NCBI RefSeq assembly: GCF_002150805.1
Contig: NZ_MTBA01000001.1
Coordinates: 361,854-393,853 of the forward strand
Length of the DNA stretch: 32,000 nt
Direction of reading: 5' to 3'
Source: Oceanospirillum sanctuarii
GTDB lineage: Bacteria > Pseudomonadota > Gammaproteobacteria > Pseudomonadales > Halomonadaceae
Shown: piece after piece, positions 24,357 through 32,000 of the stretch
Position numbering within the stretch: position 1 is the first letter of the stretch
How the letters are laid out: every line of letters begins with the position of its first letter
The notes under the pieces: generated by a model
Databases searched by the model: none
The model's input: the letters and a program-made list of their open reading frames with translations, nothing else
What the model was told of the DNA's origin: nothing
Position numbers and translations under genes: made by a program

Positions 24357-24836
24357 TTAATTGCCCACTAAAAGGTTTTCAGTAATCTCGTTAAACCGAT
24401 CACAACTCTGAATCAGGCTGTTGGCGGTTAACGCGGGTACGCCAAAGACCTGTGTTTCAGTTCCGAATCGGACTTTGACCCGTTCCAGCAACTGATCAAA
24501 ATCCCCGTCACCTGAAAGCAGAATCACTTTATCTACCTCAGTGGCCTGTTCATACAGATCCAGTGTGATGCCGACATCCCAGTCACCTTTGGCTGAGCCA
24601 TCACTGCGTTGGATAAAGGGTTTTAGCTTTACCTCGAATCCGATGTGTTTCAACGCTTGCTGGAATTTCTGCTGGCCGGGATCCTGACTGCTGATGGCAT
24701 AAGCGGTGGCGTGAACGATATCGCCCTCATGCTGAATCTGTTGCCAGAAACGACGGTAATCAAAAGAGCGGCCATAAGCCTGACGGGTGGTGTAATAGAT
24801 GTTCTGGATATCCGCAAAGATCGCAATCCGGGGCAT
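24357..24836 (-). CDS. NYN-domain (LabA/DUF88-like, PIN-fold) protein
   Basis: MPRIAIFADIQNIYY (N-terminal Asp motif) and VILLSGDGDFDQLL (SGDGDF acidic motif) are the hallmarks of LabA-like NYN domains. 159 aa with an ATG start. Confidence 0.85.
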   Translation of the reverse strand: MPRIAIFADIQNIYYTTRQAYGRSFDYRRFWQQIQHEGDIVHATAYAISSQDPGQQKFQQALKHIGFEVKLKPFIQRSDGSAKGDWDVGITLDLYEQATEVDKVILLSGDGDFDQLLERVKVRFGTETQVFGVPALTANSLIQSCDRFNEITENLLVGN

Positions 24837-25013
24837 GACAAACCTTAATGGAGAAAATGTCGCTCCACGTTACCTAATCTTTTTGCGGTAATAAACTGAC
24901 TTTGAATGCACAGTTGTGAGTAACTGCGCAGAATAGGGAGTGTGGTGATTTAGTGCTAAGATGCCTGTCCGTTCAATGAGATAGGGTACGGCTCAGGCCG
25001 TTAAGGAGCTTAC

Positions 25014-25928
25014 GTGATCGTTCAGAAAAGAGCTGGATTTCTTACCTTATTGCTGACGATGCGCGGTTCCGTCATTCCCCGTGTTTTGCCTCAGATGATA
25101 TTGCTGGCGCTGTTTTCTTCCGGTGTTGTTTTTGTTTACCAGTATCACACCTTTGAACTGCCGGAGTTCAGCCTGACACCTTTCACCCTGCTGGGTATCG
25201 CGCTGTCCCTTTTTCTCGGCTTTCGGAACAATGCTGCCTACGACCGCTGGTGGGAAGGTCGAAAATTGTGGGGCAGTCTGGTTTATGAAACCCGTGCCAT
25301 GGGACGAGCCACTGAGCTGCTTTTACTTCCGGAAGAATCACGCAAGCCGCTATTGAAGCTTACCGCAGCCTTTTCTCATACCCTGTGCCAGAGTTTACGT
25401 CCGGGTTCGGATTCAGGCCCTGCGATTGCCAGTTTACTGGATGCACCAACAACGGCGCGCCTGATGCAATCGGCAAATCCTTCAGATGCGGTTTTACGTG
25501 AGATGACCACCATTATCACCCGCGAACATCAGCAGGGGCGGCTGGATACGGTTGCCGTCAGTATGATGGATAAACACCTGACGGCGCTGGCGGGAATTCA
25601 GGCGGGACTGGAGCGGCTGGCAAATACACCAATGCCTTTTGCTTTCACCTTACTGGCGCACCGAACCGCTTACATCTATTGCTTCCTGCTGCCTTTAGGG
25701 CTGGTGGGTAATGCGCTTTGGCTGACGCCTTTCTTTACCACCCTGGTGGCGTATTGTTTCTTCGGACTGGATGCCCTGTCTGAAGAGCTGGAATATCCTT
25801 TCACGAAGGAAGGCGCAAACCACCTGCCGCTGGAAGCCATGTGTCGGGTGAATGAGATCTCAGTGGCGGAAGCTCTGGGAGAAGAGCCGCCAAAACCACT
25901 GCAGCCGATTAAGCATATTCTGAGCTGA
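25014..25928 (+). CDS. Bestrophin-family (YneE/UPF0187) ion channel
   Basis: LGFRNNAAYDRWWEGRKLWGSLV is the characteristic bestrophin-homologue motif. Hydrophobic helices flank it. The GTG start has AAGGAG 5 nt upstream. Confidence 0.85.
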   Translation: MIVQKRAGFLTLLLTMRGSVIPRVLPQMILLALFSSGVVFVYQYHTFELPEFSLTPFTLLGIALSLFLGFRNNAAYDRWWEGRKLWGSLVYETRAMGRATELLLLPEESRKPLLKLTAAFSHTLCQSLRPGSDSGPAIASLLDAPTTARLMQSANPSDAVLREMTTIITREHQQGRLDTVAVSMMDKHLTALAGIQAGLERLANTPMPFAFTLLAHRTAYIYCFLLPLGLVGNALWLTPFFTTLVAYCFFGLDALSEELEYPFTKEGANHLPLEAMCRVNEISVAEALGEEPPKPLQPIKHILS

Positions 25929-25935
25929 TTCTCTT

Positions 25936-25973
25936 CTGCTGTACGTCTGATAAACCGATCAGGCGTACAGCAG
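25936..25973. terminator. Long hairpin between convergent genes (terminator-like, no U-tract)
   Basis: CTGCTGTACGTCTGAT (25936-25951), loop AAACCG, ATCAGGCGTACAGCAG (25958-25973) form a 16-bp stem with one G-U pair. The right arm overlaps the last codons of the YeiH-family gene. Neither strand has a T-run. Confidence 0.4.
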
Positions 25974-26966
25974 CAGGTTAAGCGATAAGCCGGTCACAAT
26001 CAGCACCACAAACAGAATGGCAGCCAGCAGGATGGGCTTGATTCCTGCCTGTCGCAGTGTGCTCCAGCGGGTGTTGTACCCCATGGCGGCCATCGCGATG
26101 GTCAGACTGAACTGGCTGATAAAACTGATCACGTCATAGGCTAATTCCGGCAACTGTACCAGACTGTTAATCAGCACCGCCAGAATGAAAAAGCCGATAA
26201 AGTGCGGGAAGGTTACCGGTAGTTTTCTGGCTTTACCGTCGACATGATCACTGGCCGTTTCTCTATCCCGGAACAGCAGCAAACCCAGAGTGATCACCAC
26301 AGGTGCCAGGCACAGTACCCGAATCAGTTTGGTCATAATGGCGGTTTGCAGGGCTTCCGGGCTGATGGTTTGTCCTGCTGCTACAGCCTGAGCCACTTCG
26401 TGCACCGTACTGCCAATAAAGATACCGAACTGCTCTGGGGCAATCTGCAACAGATTGAAGAGTACGGGGTAGAGCAGCAGGGACAAGCTACCGAACAGTA
26501 CAACTGTCGCAACGGCAACGGACACCTGACGATGCCCACCTTTCACAACCGGCTCTGTTGCCATAATTGCTGCAGCCCCACAGACCGCACTGCCCACACT
26601 GGTCAGTACCGCCAGTTCCCGGCTCATCCCAAGCACACGTATGCCTACACTGATACCTATCAGCAAAACCAGTGTGATCACCACAAGATCAATCACCAGT
26701 GCCTGCCAGCCAAGTTGCTCGACCTGTTGGAATGTCAGGCCAAAGCCCAAAAGAATGATGCCCAGACGCAGCAGCTTCTGTTGGCAGAACAGGCTGCTGG
26801 CAGAAGGTGTTGAATCCACCGACGCAAAACCCAGTCCACGAAAAAATGCACCTGAGATCATACCCAGCAGAATCGCCATTGGCAGACTGCCAAGGCCGAA
26901 TTCAGCGAAAAGCGGCTGTTTAGCGATAACCATCGCCAGCAAAGTAATGATCAGCAGATGTAGCAT
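25959..26966 (-). CDS. YeiH/UPF0324-family membrane transporter (putative sulfate exporter family)
   Basis: 335-aa polytopic membrane protein. SAVCGAAAIMATEPVV and IGSTVHEVAQAVAAG are recognisable YeiH-family motifs. Confidence 0.8.
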   Translation of the reverse strand: MLHLLIITLLAMVIAKQPLFAEFGLGSLPMAILLGMISGAFFRGLGFASVDSTPSASSLFCQQKLLRLGIILLGFGLTFQQVEQLGWQALVIDLVVITLVLLIGISVGIRVLGMSRELAVLTSVGSAVCGAAAIMATEPVVKGGHRQVSVAVATVVLFGSLSLLLYPVLFNLLQIAPEQFGIFIGSTVHEVAQAVAAGQTISPEALQTAIMTKLIRVLCLAPVVITLGLLLFRDRETASDHVDGKARKLPVTFPHFIGFFILAVLINSLVQLPELAYDVISFISQFSLTIAMAAMGYNTRWSTLRQAGIKPILLAAILFVVLIVTGLSLNLLLYA

Positions 26967-27330
26967 GGGGAGCGCCCTGAATCATAGAAAAAGTAGGGCT
27001 ATTATGGCGCTGCAATAAAATCTGAAAAGTGAATTAAATCTATTTTGTTTATCGGTAAAATCGATTTAAGGCATTCTGGATGCAGACGATAGGAACTTGA
27101 TTCATCGTCTGACGAGAAATGGGGAATAAAAGCAAAACCGGTCAGGTCAGTCTTGTGATATTTGTCATGATCTACCTGAAAGATATTTCACGTACAACTT
27201 GAAGTATTGCTCTAAAAATCAGCTTAATCCGGTTACTTACCACAACGGCTTTTGTTACTCTTTGTTATCTTTTTTTCATACCCCGCTTTGGGGGTATAAC
27301 ACTGCGATTTATGGACGATAGAGGCATCCT

Positions 27331-28470
27331 GTGAAAATTAAAATCTCGCAAGTTGCTGCAGCGGTTGCTGTAGTAGGTTTCGTTGGCTGGGCGTTTACTG
27401 CCCGTGTGGATACGGCGCTAGCGGAAGCTCCCGAGGCGACTGCAGACTCCAAGCCTTCGATTGTTTTGCCACAGGTTGAGATTCAGCGTTCTGAAGCCTC
27501 ACTCTATGACCGTCAGACGGTGCTGCAGGGGCAGATTGAGCCTTGGCGCAGTGTCCAGCTACGTACTCAGGTTGCCGGGACCGTTGAATCTGTTCTGGTT
27601 GAACAGGGAGCCCGGATCTCTCAGGGTGAACCTCTGATCCGCCTTTCCCAAAGTGAATACCAGGCGCAGTTGTCCAGCGCAAAAGCCAGCGTTCGTCTTA
27701 AAGAAGCAGAGCTGAAAGCGGCGAAAAAACTCTACCGTACCAATCTGCAAACCGAAACTGCGGTTCTGGGTTTGGAAAGCGAACTTGAAGGTGCTCGTTC
27801 AAGCCTTGTGATGGCACAGCAACAGCTGAGTCATGCTGCACCGAAAGCACCTTTTGATGGTGTCGTGGATCAGCTGGATGCAGAGCTGGGGCAGTACATG
27901 ACCGTCGGTGAAGTCTGGGGGCGTCTGGTGAATATCGACCGCCTAAAGGTAACCGCTCAGGTGCCACAGCAGGATGTGGTTAATGTGGCTGTTGGTCAGC
28001 CAGTTGAGATTACACTACTGGATGGTCGTCAGCTTGAAGGTCGGGTGAGCTTTGTTGCCAGTGCTGCCGATGCTTCTACCCGTAGTTTCCCGATTGAAGT
28101 TTCTCTGGATAACCCGGATCAGCTGCGTATCGCAGGTGCCAGTGCGACTCTGAACGTGCATCTGGGTGATGTTTCTGCTCATAAACTATCGCCGGCACTG
28201 CTGAGTCTGAATGACAAAGGCGAGCTGGGGGTTAAGTGGGTTAACGGTCAGGATAAAGTGGTTTTCCAGCCTGTTGAACTGCTCAGCACAGGTACCGATG
28301 GTGCCTGGGTAACCGGTCTTCCGGAGAGTGTTCCAGTGATCAGTCTGGGTGGTGGCTTTGTTCAGGCGGGTCAGAAGGTCGTGGTTGTCAGTGCTTCCGG
28401 TGCGGATCGTCCCGTTGCTGACAAGAGCGCCGATACCCCTGTGGCTGCGGTAGCAAACGGAGCGAACTGA
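27331..28470 (+). CDS. RND efflux periplasmic adaptor (membrane fusion protein, HlyD_D23 type)
   Basis: N-terminal anchor, a coiled-coil hairpin (QAQLSSAKASVRLKEAELKAAKKLY...LEGARSSLVMAQQQL), then APFDGVVDQ, typical of MFPs. The GTG start has AGAGG upstream. Its stop lies 1 nt before the pump gene. Confidence 0.9.
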   Translation: MKIKISQVAAAVAVVGFVGWAFTARVDTALAEAPEATADSKPSIVLPQVEIQRSEASLYDRQTVLQGQIEPWRSVQLRTQVAGTVESVLVEQGARISQGEPLIRLSQSEYQAQLSSAKASVRLKEAELKAAKKLYRTNLQTETAVLGLESELEGARSSLVMAQQQLSHAAPKAPFDGVVDQLDAELGQYMTVGEVWGRLVNIDRLKVTAQVPQQDVVNVAVGQPVEITLLDGRQLEGRVSFVASAADASTRSFPIEVSLDNPDQLRIAGASATLNVHLGDVSAHKLSPALLSLNDKGELGVKWVNGQDKVVFQPVELLSTGTDGAWVTGLPESVPVISLGGGFVQAGQKVVVVSASGADRPVADKSADTPVAAVANGAN

Positions 28471-28471
28471 T

Positions 28472-31400
28472 ATGGAAACCATTATCCGGGCAGCGATGGA
28501 CCGAAGCCGGGCCACGCTTTTTGTTCTGATCATGCTGATTGTCGGCGGTATGGCCTCGTACCAGTCGATTCCGAAAGAAGCGAATCCGGACGTTACCATT
28601 CCGATTATCTATGTCTCCATGGGACTGAGTGGCATCAGCCCTGCCGATTCTGAGCGTCTTCTGGCGCGTCCGATGGAGCAGGAGCTGCGCTCACTGGAAG
28701 GCATTAAGAAGATGACCGCCGTGGCAGGTGAAGGCCATGCTTCTGTGACGCTGGAGTTTGATGCCGGTTTTGATCCGAAAACCGCCCTGCAGGATGTGCG
28801 CGAGAAGGTCGATAGCGCCCAATCCAAGCTGCCTGCTGAAGCTGATGAGGCTACGGTTCACGAAATTAATGTTGCTCTCTTTCCGGTAATGTCCGTGGGG
28901 CTTTCCGGCCCGATCAACCAGAAACAACTGGTCTATATCGCCCGTCGCCTGCAACAGGAGATTGAAGGCATACCTGAAGTTCTGGAAGTGGATATCGCCG
29001 GTGATCGTGAAGATCTGCTGGAGATCGTGGTGGATCCTCAGGCGATGGACAGCTACAACCTGGATTACTCCGACCTGTACGGTTTGGTGAGTAACAATAA
29101 CCAGCTGGTAGCCGCCGGTAGTCTGGATACCGGTGCGGGTCGTATGACCCTGAAAATTCCCGGTGTGATCGAAAACCTTGAAGACGTAATGAATATGCCG
29201 ATCAAGGTGTCCGGTCAGACCGTGGTGACCTTTAAAGAGGTGGCGACCATTCGCCGTACCTTTACCGATCCCGATGGTTTTGCCCGTATTAACGGCCAGC
29301 CGGGTGTGGTTCTGGAGATTAAAAAGCGTACCGGTGCCAACATCATCGATACCATTGATAAGGTCCGTGCACTCTTTAAAGCCGCTGAATCTCAGCTGCC
29401 GCCAGATCTGGAAGTGCGTTATCTGATGGATCAGTCATCCGAAGTAAAAAGCATGCTGTCGGATCTGCTGAACAACGTGATGACTGCTGTGATTCTGGTA
29501 CTCATTATCATGCTGGCTGCCATGGGTGCCCGTGCAGCTTTCCTTGTGGGGCTGACCATTCCCGGTGCTTTCCTGACCGGTATTCTGGTGGTGTCCTCCC
29601 TCGGCTTTACCATGAACATTATTGTGCTCTTCTCGCTAATTCTGGTAGCGGGTATGTTGGTGGATGGTGCCATCGTGGTATCAGAACTGGCGGATCGTCA
29701 TCAGAAAGAGGGTTTCTCCCGTAAGGATGCCTGGGCACATGCTGCCAGCCGTATGGCGTGGCCGATCATAGCGTCAACGCTAACCACCATCATGGTGTTC
29801 CTGCCGCTGCTGTTCTGGCCGGGGGTAATGGGCGAGTTTATGAAGTATCTGCCTGCTACTGTGATGATCTGTCTGTTTGCCTCATTGGCGATGGCGCTGA
29901 TCTTCCTGCCGGTGATGGGTAAGGTGTTTGGTAAACGCGAGAAACTCAGTGCTGAAGAACGTCCGGCGGTGAGTGATATCGATATGAATCACGTTCAGCA
30001 TCAGTCCGGTGGCGGCAAGGCTTACCGTCGTGTGCTGAATCTTTGTCTGAGCTTCCCGACAACGACGCTGGTTCTGATGTTAGCCCTGATGGGCGGTATC
30101 TATGCCGCATACGGCAAACTGAATCACGGCGTGGAGTTCTTCCCGGATGTAGAGCCGGAGTCCGCACAGCTTCAGGTTCGTACCCTGGGTGACTTCTCGG
30201 TTTATGAGAAAGATGCCCTGTTGCAACGTATCGAAACTCGTTTGTACGGCATGCCGGAAGTGGAAGCCATGTACGCCCGTTCCTTTGCCGCAGCGGGTGG
30301 TCAGTTAGCAGAAGATGTGATCGGTGTTATTCAGTTCCGTTTTACCGACTGGGATACCCGCCGTCCGGCTAATGTGATTCTCGATGAGATGCGTGAACGC
30401 ACCAAGGATATTCCCGGTGTGATCTTCGAATTCCGTAAGCAGGAAGGTGGTCCTCCATCTGGTAAGCCGGTGGAACTGCGTATCAGTGGTAACGACCCTG
30501 AGGAGATCTATTCTGCCGTTGCTCAAACCCGTCAGATAATGGACGAGTTGGGTGGCTTCGCCGACGTGAATGATGACCGCGCTCTGCCGGGTATCGAATG
30601 GCGCTTTGAGGTGGATCGTGCGAAAGCAGCTCAATACGGCGCTACCGTTGCCAGCGTAGGCAATGCGGTGCAGCTGGTGAGCAATGGTCTGAAACTGGCC
30701 AGTTACCGTCCGGAAGATGCCAGCGATGAAGTGGATATCCGTATCCGCCTGCCGGAATACGCACGTACGCTGGATCAGCTCAACCGTCAGAGCCTGAATA
30801 CTCCTTATGGGCAGGTGCCGCTAAGCAACTTTGTCACTCTGACGCCTGCACCTAAGACGGGTATTCTGCGTCGTCTGGATGGTAAGCGAACCATCACCAT
30901 CTCAGGTGATGTTGCGGAAGGTGAGCAGGTCAATGAGCGCCTGATCGCCCTGAAAGGTCGTCTGGATGAGCTGCCGGATACAGTTTCTGTCACCTTTGGT
31001 GGTGAGGATGCGGATCAGCAAGAGTCCATGGTGTTCCTGATGGGAGCCTTTATGGTGGCGATTCTGCTGATGATGCTGATTCTGATTATTCAGTTCAACA
31101 GCATCTATCAGACAATGCTGGTTCTGTCGGCGATCATCTTCTCCACTGCGGGTGTATTGTTGGGGCTACTGATCACGGGTCAGGCCTTCGGTGTGGTGAT
31201 GGTGGGTATGGGGATTATTGCTCTGGCGGGTATTGTGGTGAACAACAATATCGTCCTGATCGATACCTATAACCGGATACGTTCAGAAGGCTTCAGCGCC
31301 TTTGAAGCCGCTCTGGAAACCGGCTGTATGCGTCTTCGTCCGGTACTGCTGACCGCTTTGACCACAGTACTGGGTCTGATGCCTATGGTACTGGGCGTTA

Positions 31401-31630
31401 ACGTGAATCTGGTGGAACACAGCCTAGGTTGGGGGGCACCATCAACGCAATGGTGGACTCAGCTTTCCAGTGCTATTGCTGGTGGTCTGGCTTTTGCCAC
31501 GGTTCTGACCCTGTTCCTGACCCCTTGTATGTTGGTTTTGGGTGATGGCTTTGCGGATAACCGTGTTTTCAGACTGTTCCGCAGAATTTTTTCACGAAAA
31601 GCTACAAAAAGTATCACCCCTTCATCATAG
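28472..31630 (+). CDS. RND efflux permease (AcrB/AcrD/AcrF family)
   Basis: 1052 aa with the 12-TM, two-large-loop layout. N-terminus: SRATLFVLIMLIVGGMASYQSIPKEANPDVTIP. The conserved TM4 region is VAGMLVDGAIVV and the TM10-11 region is AGIVVNNNIVLID. Confidence 0.95.
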   Translation: METIIRAAMDRSRATLFVLIMLIVGGMASYQSIPKEANPDVTIPIIYVSMGLSGISPADSERLLARPMEQELRSLEGIKKMTAVAGEGHASVTLEFDAGFDPKTALQDVREKVDSAQSKLPAEADEATVHEINVALFPVMSVGLSGPINQKQLVYIARRLQQEIEGIPEVLEVDIAGDREDLLEIVVDPQAMDSYNLDYSDLYGLVSNNNQLVAAGSLDTGAGRMTLKIPGVIENLEDVMNMPIKVSGQTVVTFKEVATIRRTFTDPDGFARINGQPGVVLEIKKRTGANIIDTIDKVRALFKAAESQLPPDLEVRYLMDQSSEVKSMLSDLLNNVMTAVILVLIIMLAAMGARAAFLVGLTIPGAFLTGILVVSSLGFTMNIIVLFSLILVAGMLVDGAIVVSELADRHQKEGFSRKDAWAHAASRMAWPIIASTLTTIMVFLPLLFWPGVMGEFMKYLPATVMICLFASLAMALIFLPVMGKVFGKREKLSAEERPAVSDIDMNHVQHQSGGGKAYRRVLNLCLSFPTTTLVLMLALMGGIYAAYGKLNHGVEFFPDVEPESAQLQVRTLGDFSVYEKDALLQRIETRLYGMPEVEAMYARSFAAAGGQLAEDVIGVIQFRFTDWDTRRPANVILDEMRERTKDIPGVIFEFRKQEGGPPSGKPVELRISGNDPEEIYSAVAQTRQIMDELGGFADVNDDRALPGIEWRFEVDRAKAAQYGATVASVGNAVQLVSNGLKLASYRPEDASDEVDIRIRLPEYARTLDQLNRQSLNTPYGQVPLSNFVTLTPAPKTGILRRLDGKRTITISGDVAEGEQVNERLIALKGRLDELPDTVSVTFGGEDADQQESMVFLMGAFMVAILLMMLILIIQFNSIYQTMLVLSAIIFSTAGVLLGLLITGQAFGVVMVGMGIIALAGIVVNNNIVLIDTYNRIRSEGFSAFEAALETGCMRLRPVLLTALTTVLGLMPMVLGVNVNLVEHSLGWGAPSTQWWTQLSSAIAGGLAFATVLTLFLTPCMLVLGDGFADNRVFRLFRRIFSRKATKSITPSS

Positions 31631-31664
31631 ACTCTTGCTAGTCTGATCTATTATCTCTCTACCC

Positions 31665-31690
31665 AAAGGCAGGCTAAATAACCTGCCTTT
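31665..31690 (+). terminator. Probable intrinsic terminator after the RND operon
   Basis: AAAGGCAGG (31665-31673), loop CTAAATAA, CCTGCCTTT (31682-31690). The short T-run is partly inside the stem. Confidence 0.5.
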
Positions 31691-31750
31691 TACTTATACC
31701 CGTTGAGAGAAGAAAAGACTCAGACCAAACAGGATATGGGGAGACTAGGG

Positions 31751-32000
31751 ATGTGGTTTAAGGCAGCAGGAATCTTTTTTGCCATCGTATTTGTCGCATT
31801 TGTCTTTGTTTTGGGTTGTCAGTCGCAATGGCAGAGGCGAACCCAGCAGCTGGTTCAGGACTTTTATCAGCCTGAGCAGGTTTCTGAGGCAGAACAGGCC
31901 GGAGCATCACCTGAGCCTTTGACGCAATATGATCCTGATAAAGAACTGGCAGGTCTTCCTCAACCCGTACAGCGTTTCTTCCAAACTGTTTTAACCCCCC
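31751..32000 (+). CDS. Hypothetical membrane-anchored protein, 5-prime fragment (runs off the window)
   Basis: ATG at 31751 has GGAG 7 nt upstream. It translates to MWFKAAGIFFAIVFVAFVFVLGCQSQWQ...LPQPVQRFFQTVLTP and stays open to the window edge. It is absent from the ORF track because no stop is present. It may be DUF6544-like, but I am not sure. Confidence 0.45.
   Translation, partial: MWFKAAGIFFAIVFVAFVFVLGCQSQWQRRTQQLVQDFYQPEQVSEAEQAGASPEPLTQYDPDKELAGLPQPVQRFFQTVLTP

Noticed and set aside
14279-25013. The CRISPR-Cas locus as a discrete mobile island, and a search for anti-CRISPR or aca genes at its edges
   Set aside because: I found no integrase, transposase, tRNA or flanking direct repeats. 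The intergenic regions 14279-14484, 23024-23151, 24320-24356 and 24837-25013 contain no plausible small ORF with an RBS or HTH.
27119-27202. A 27-codon mini-ORF (MGNKSKTGQVSLVIFVMIYLKDISRTT) upstream of the RND operon, considered as a leader peptide or AcrZ-like small protein
   Set aside because: The RBS is weak (GAGA only). The hydrophobic stretch of about 11 residues is too short for a TM helix. I cannot assess conservation.

Overview
This window looks like gammaproteobacterial chromosome. Hand counts on single 60-nt lines put the flanking genes at about 52-60% GC. Its accessory centrepiece is a complete type I-F CRISPR-Cas locus at 14485-24319: cas1, the cas2-3 fusion, csy1/cas8f, csy2/cas5f, csy3/cas7f, cas6f, an AT-rich leader, and an array of 20 repeats and 19 spacers. 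Upstream (2673-11289) lies an envelope-related cluster. It holds a DesK/LiaS-like intramembrane histidine kinase with a NarL-type response regulator, transcribed divergently from a MipA/OmpV outer-membrane protein. After MipA come a LolA-like periplasmic protein, two different FtsX/MacB-type permeases, an ABC ATPase and a probable outer-membrane beta-barrel. Between that cluster and cas1 are an AT-rich stretch with an orphan membrane protein and a split PAS plus MCP pair (CetAB/Aer-like energy taxis). Downstream of the array are a NYN/LabA-like nuclease-fold protein, a bestrophin-like channel, a YeiH-family transporter and an RND efflux pair (adaptor plus AcrB-like pump). I see no clearly new gene system. 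The three observations I rate highest are these. (1) The cas operon has a sharp GC mosaic: the Cas3 nuclease-helicase part through csy3 is about 40% GC, while cas1, the Cas2 domain, cas6f and the repeats are about 50-60%. (2) Cas8f is enlarged by an N-terminal Lys/Gln-rich insertion. (3) The Lol-like trans-envelope ABC module sits next to an intramembrane-sensing two-component system and MipA. All family calls come from motif recognition by eye; no searches were run.
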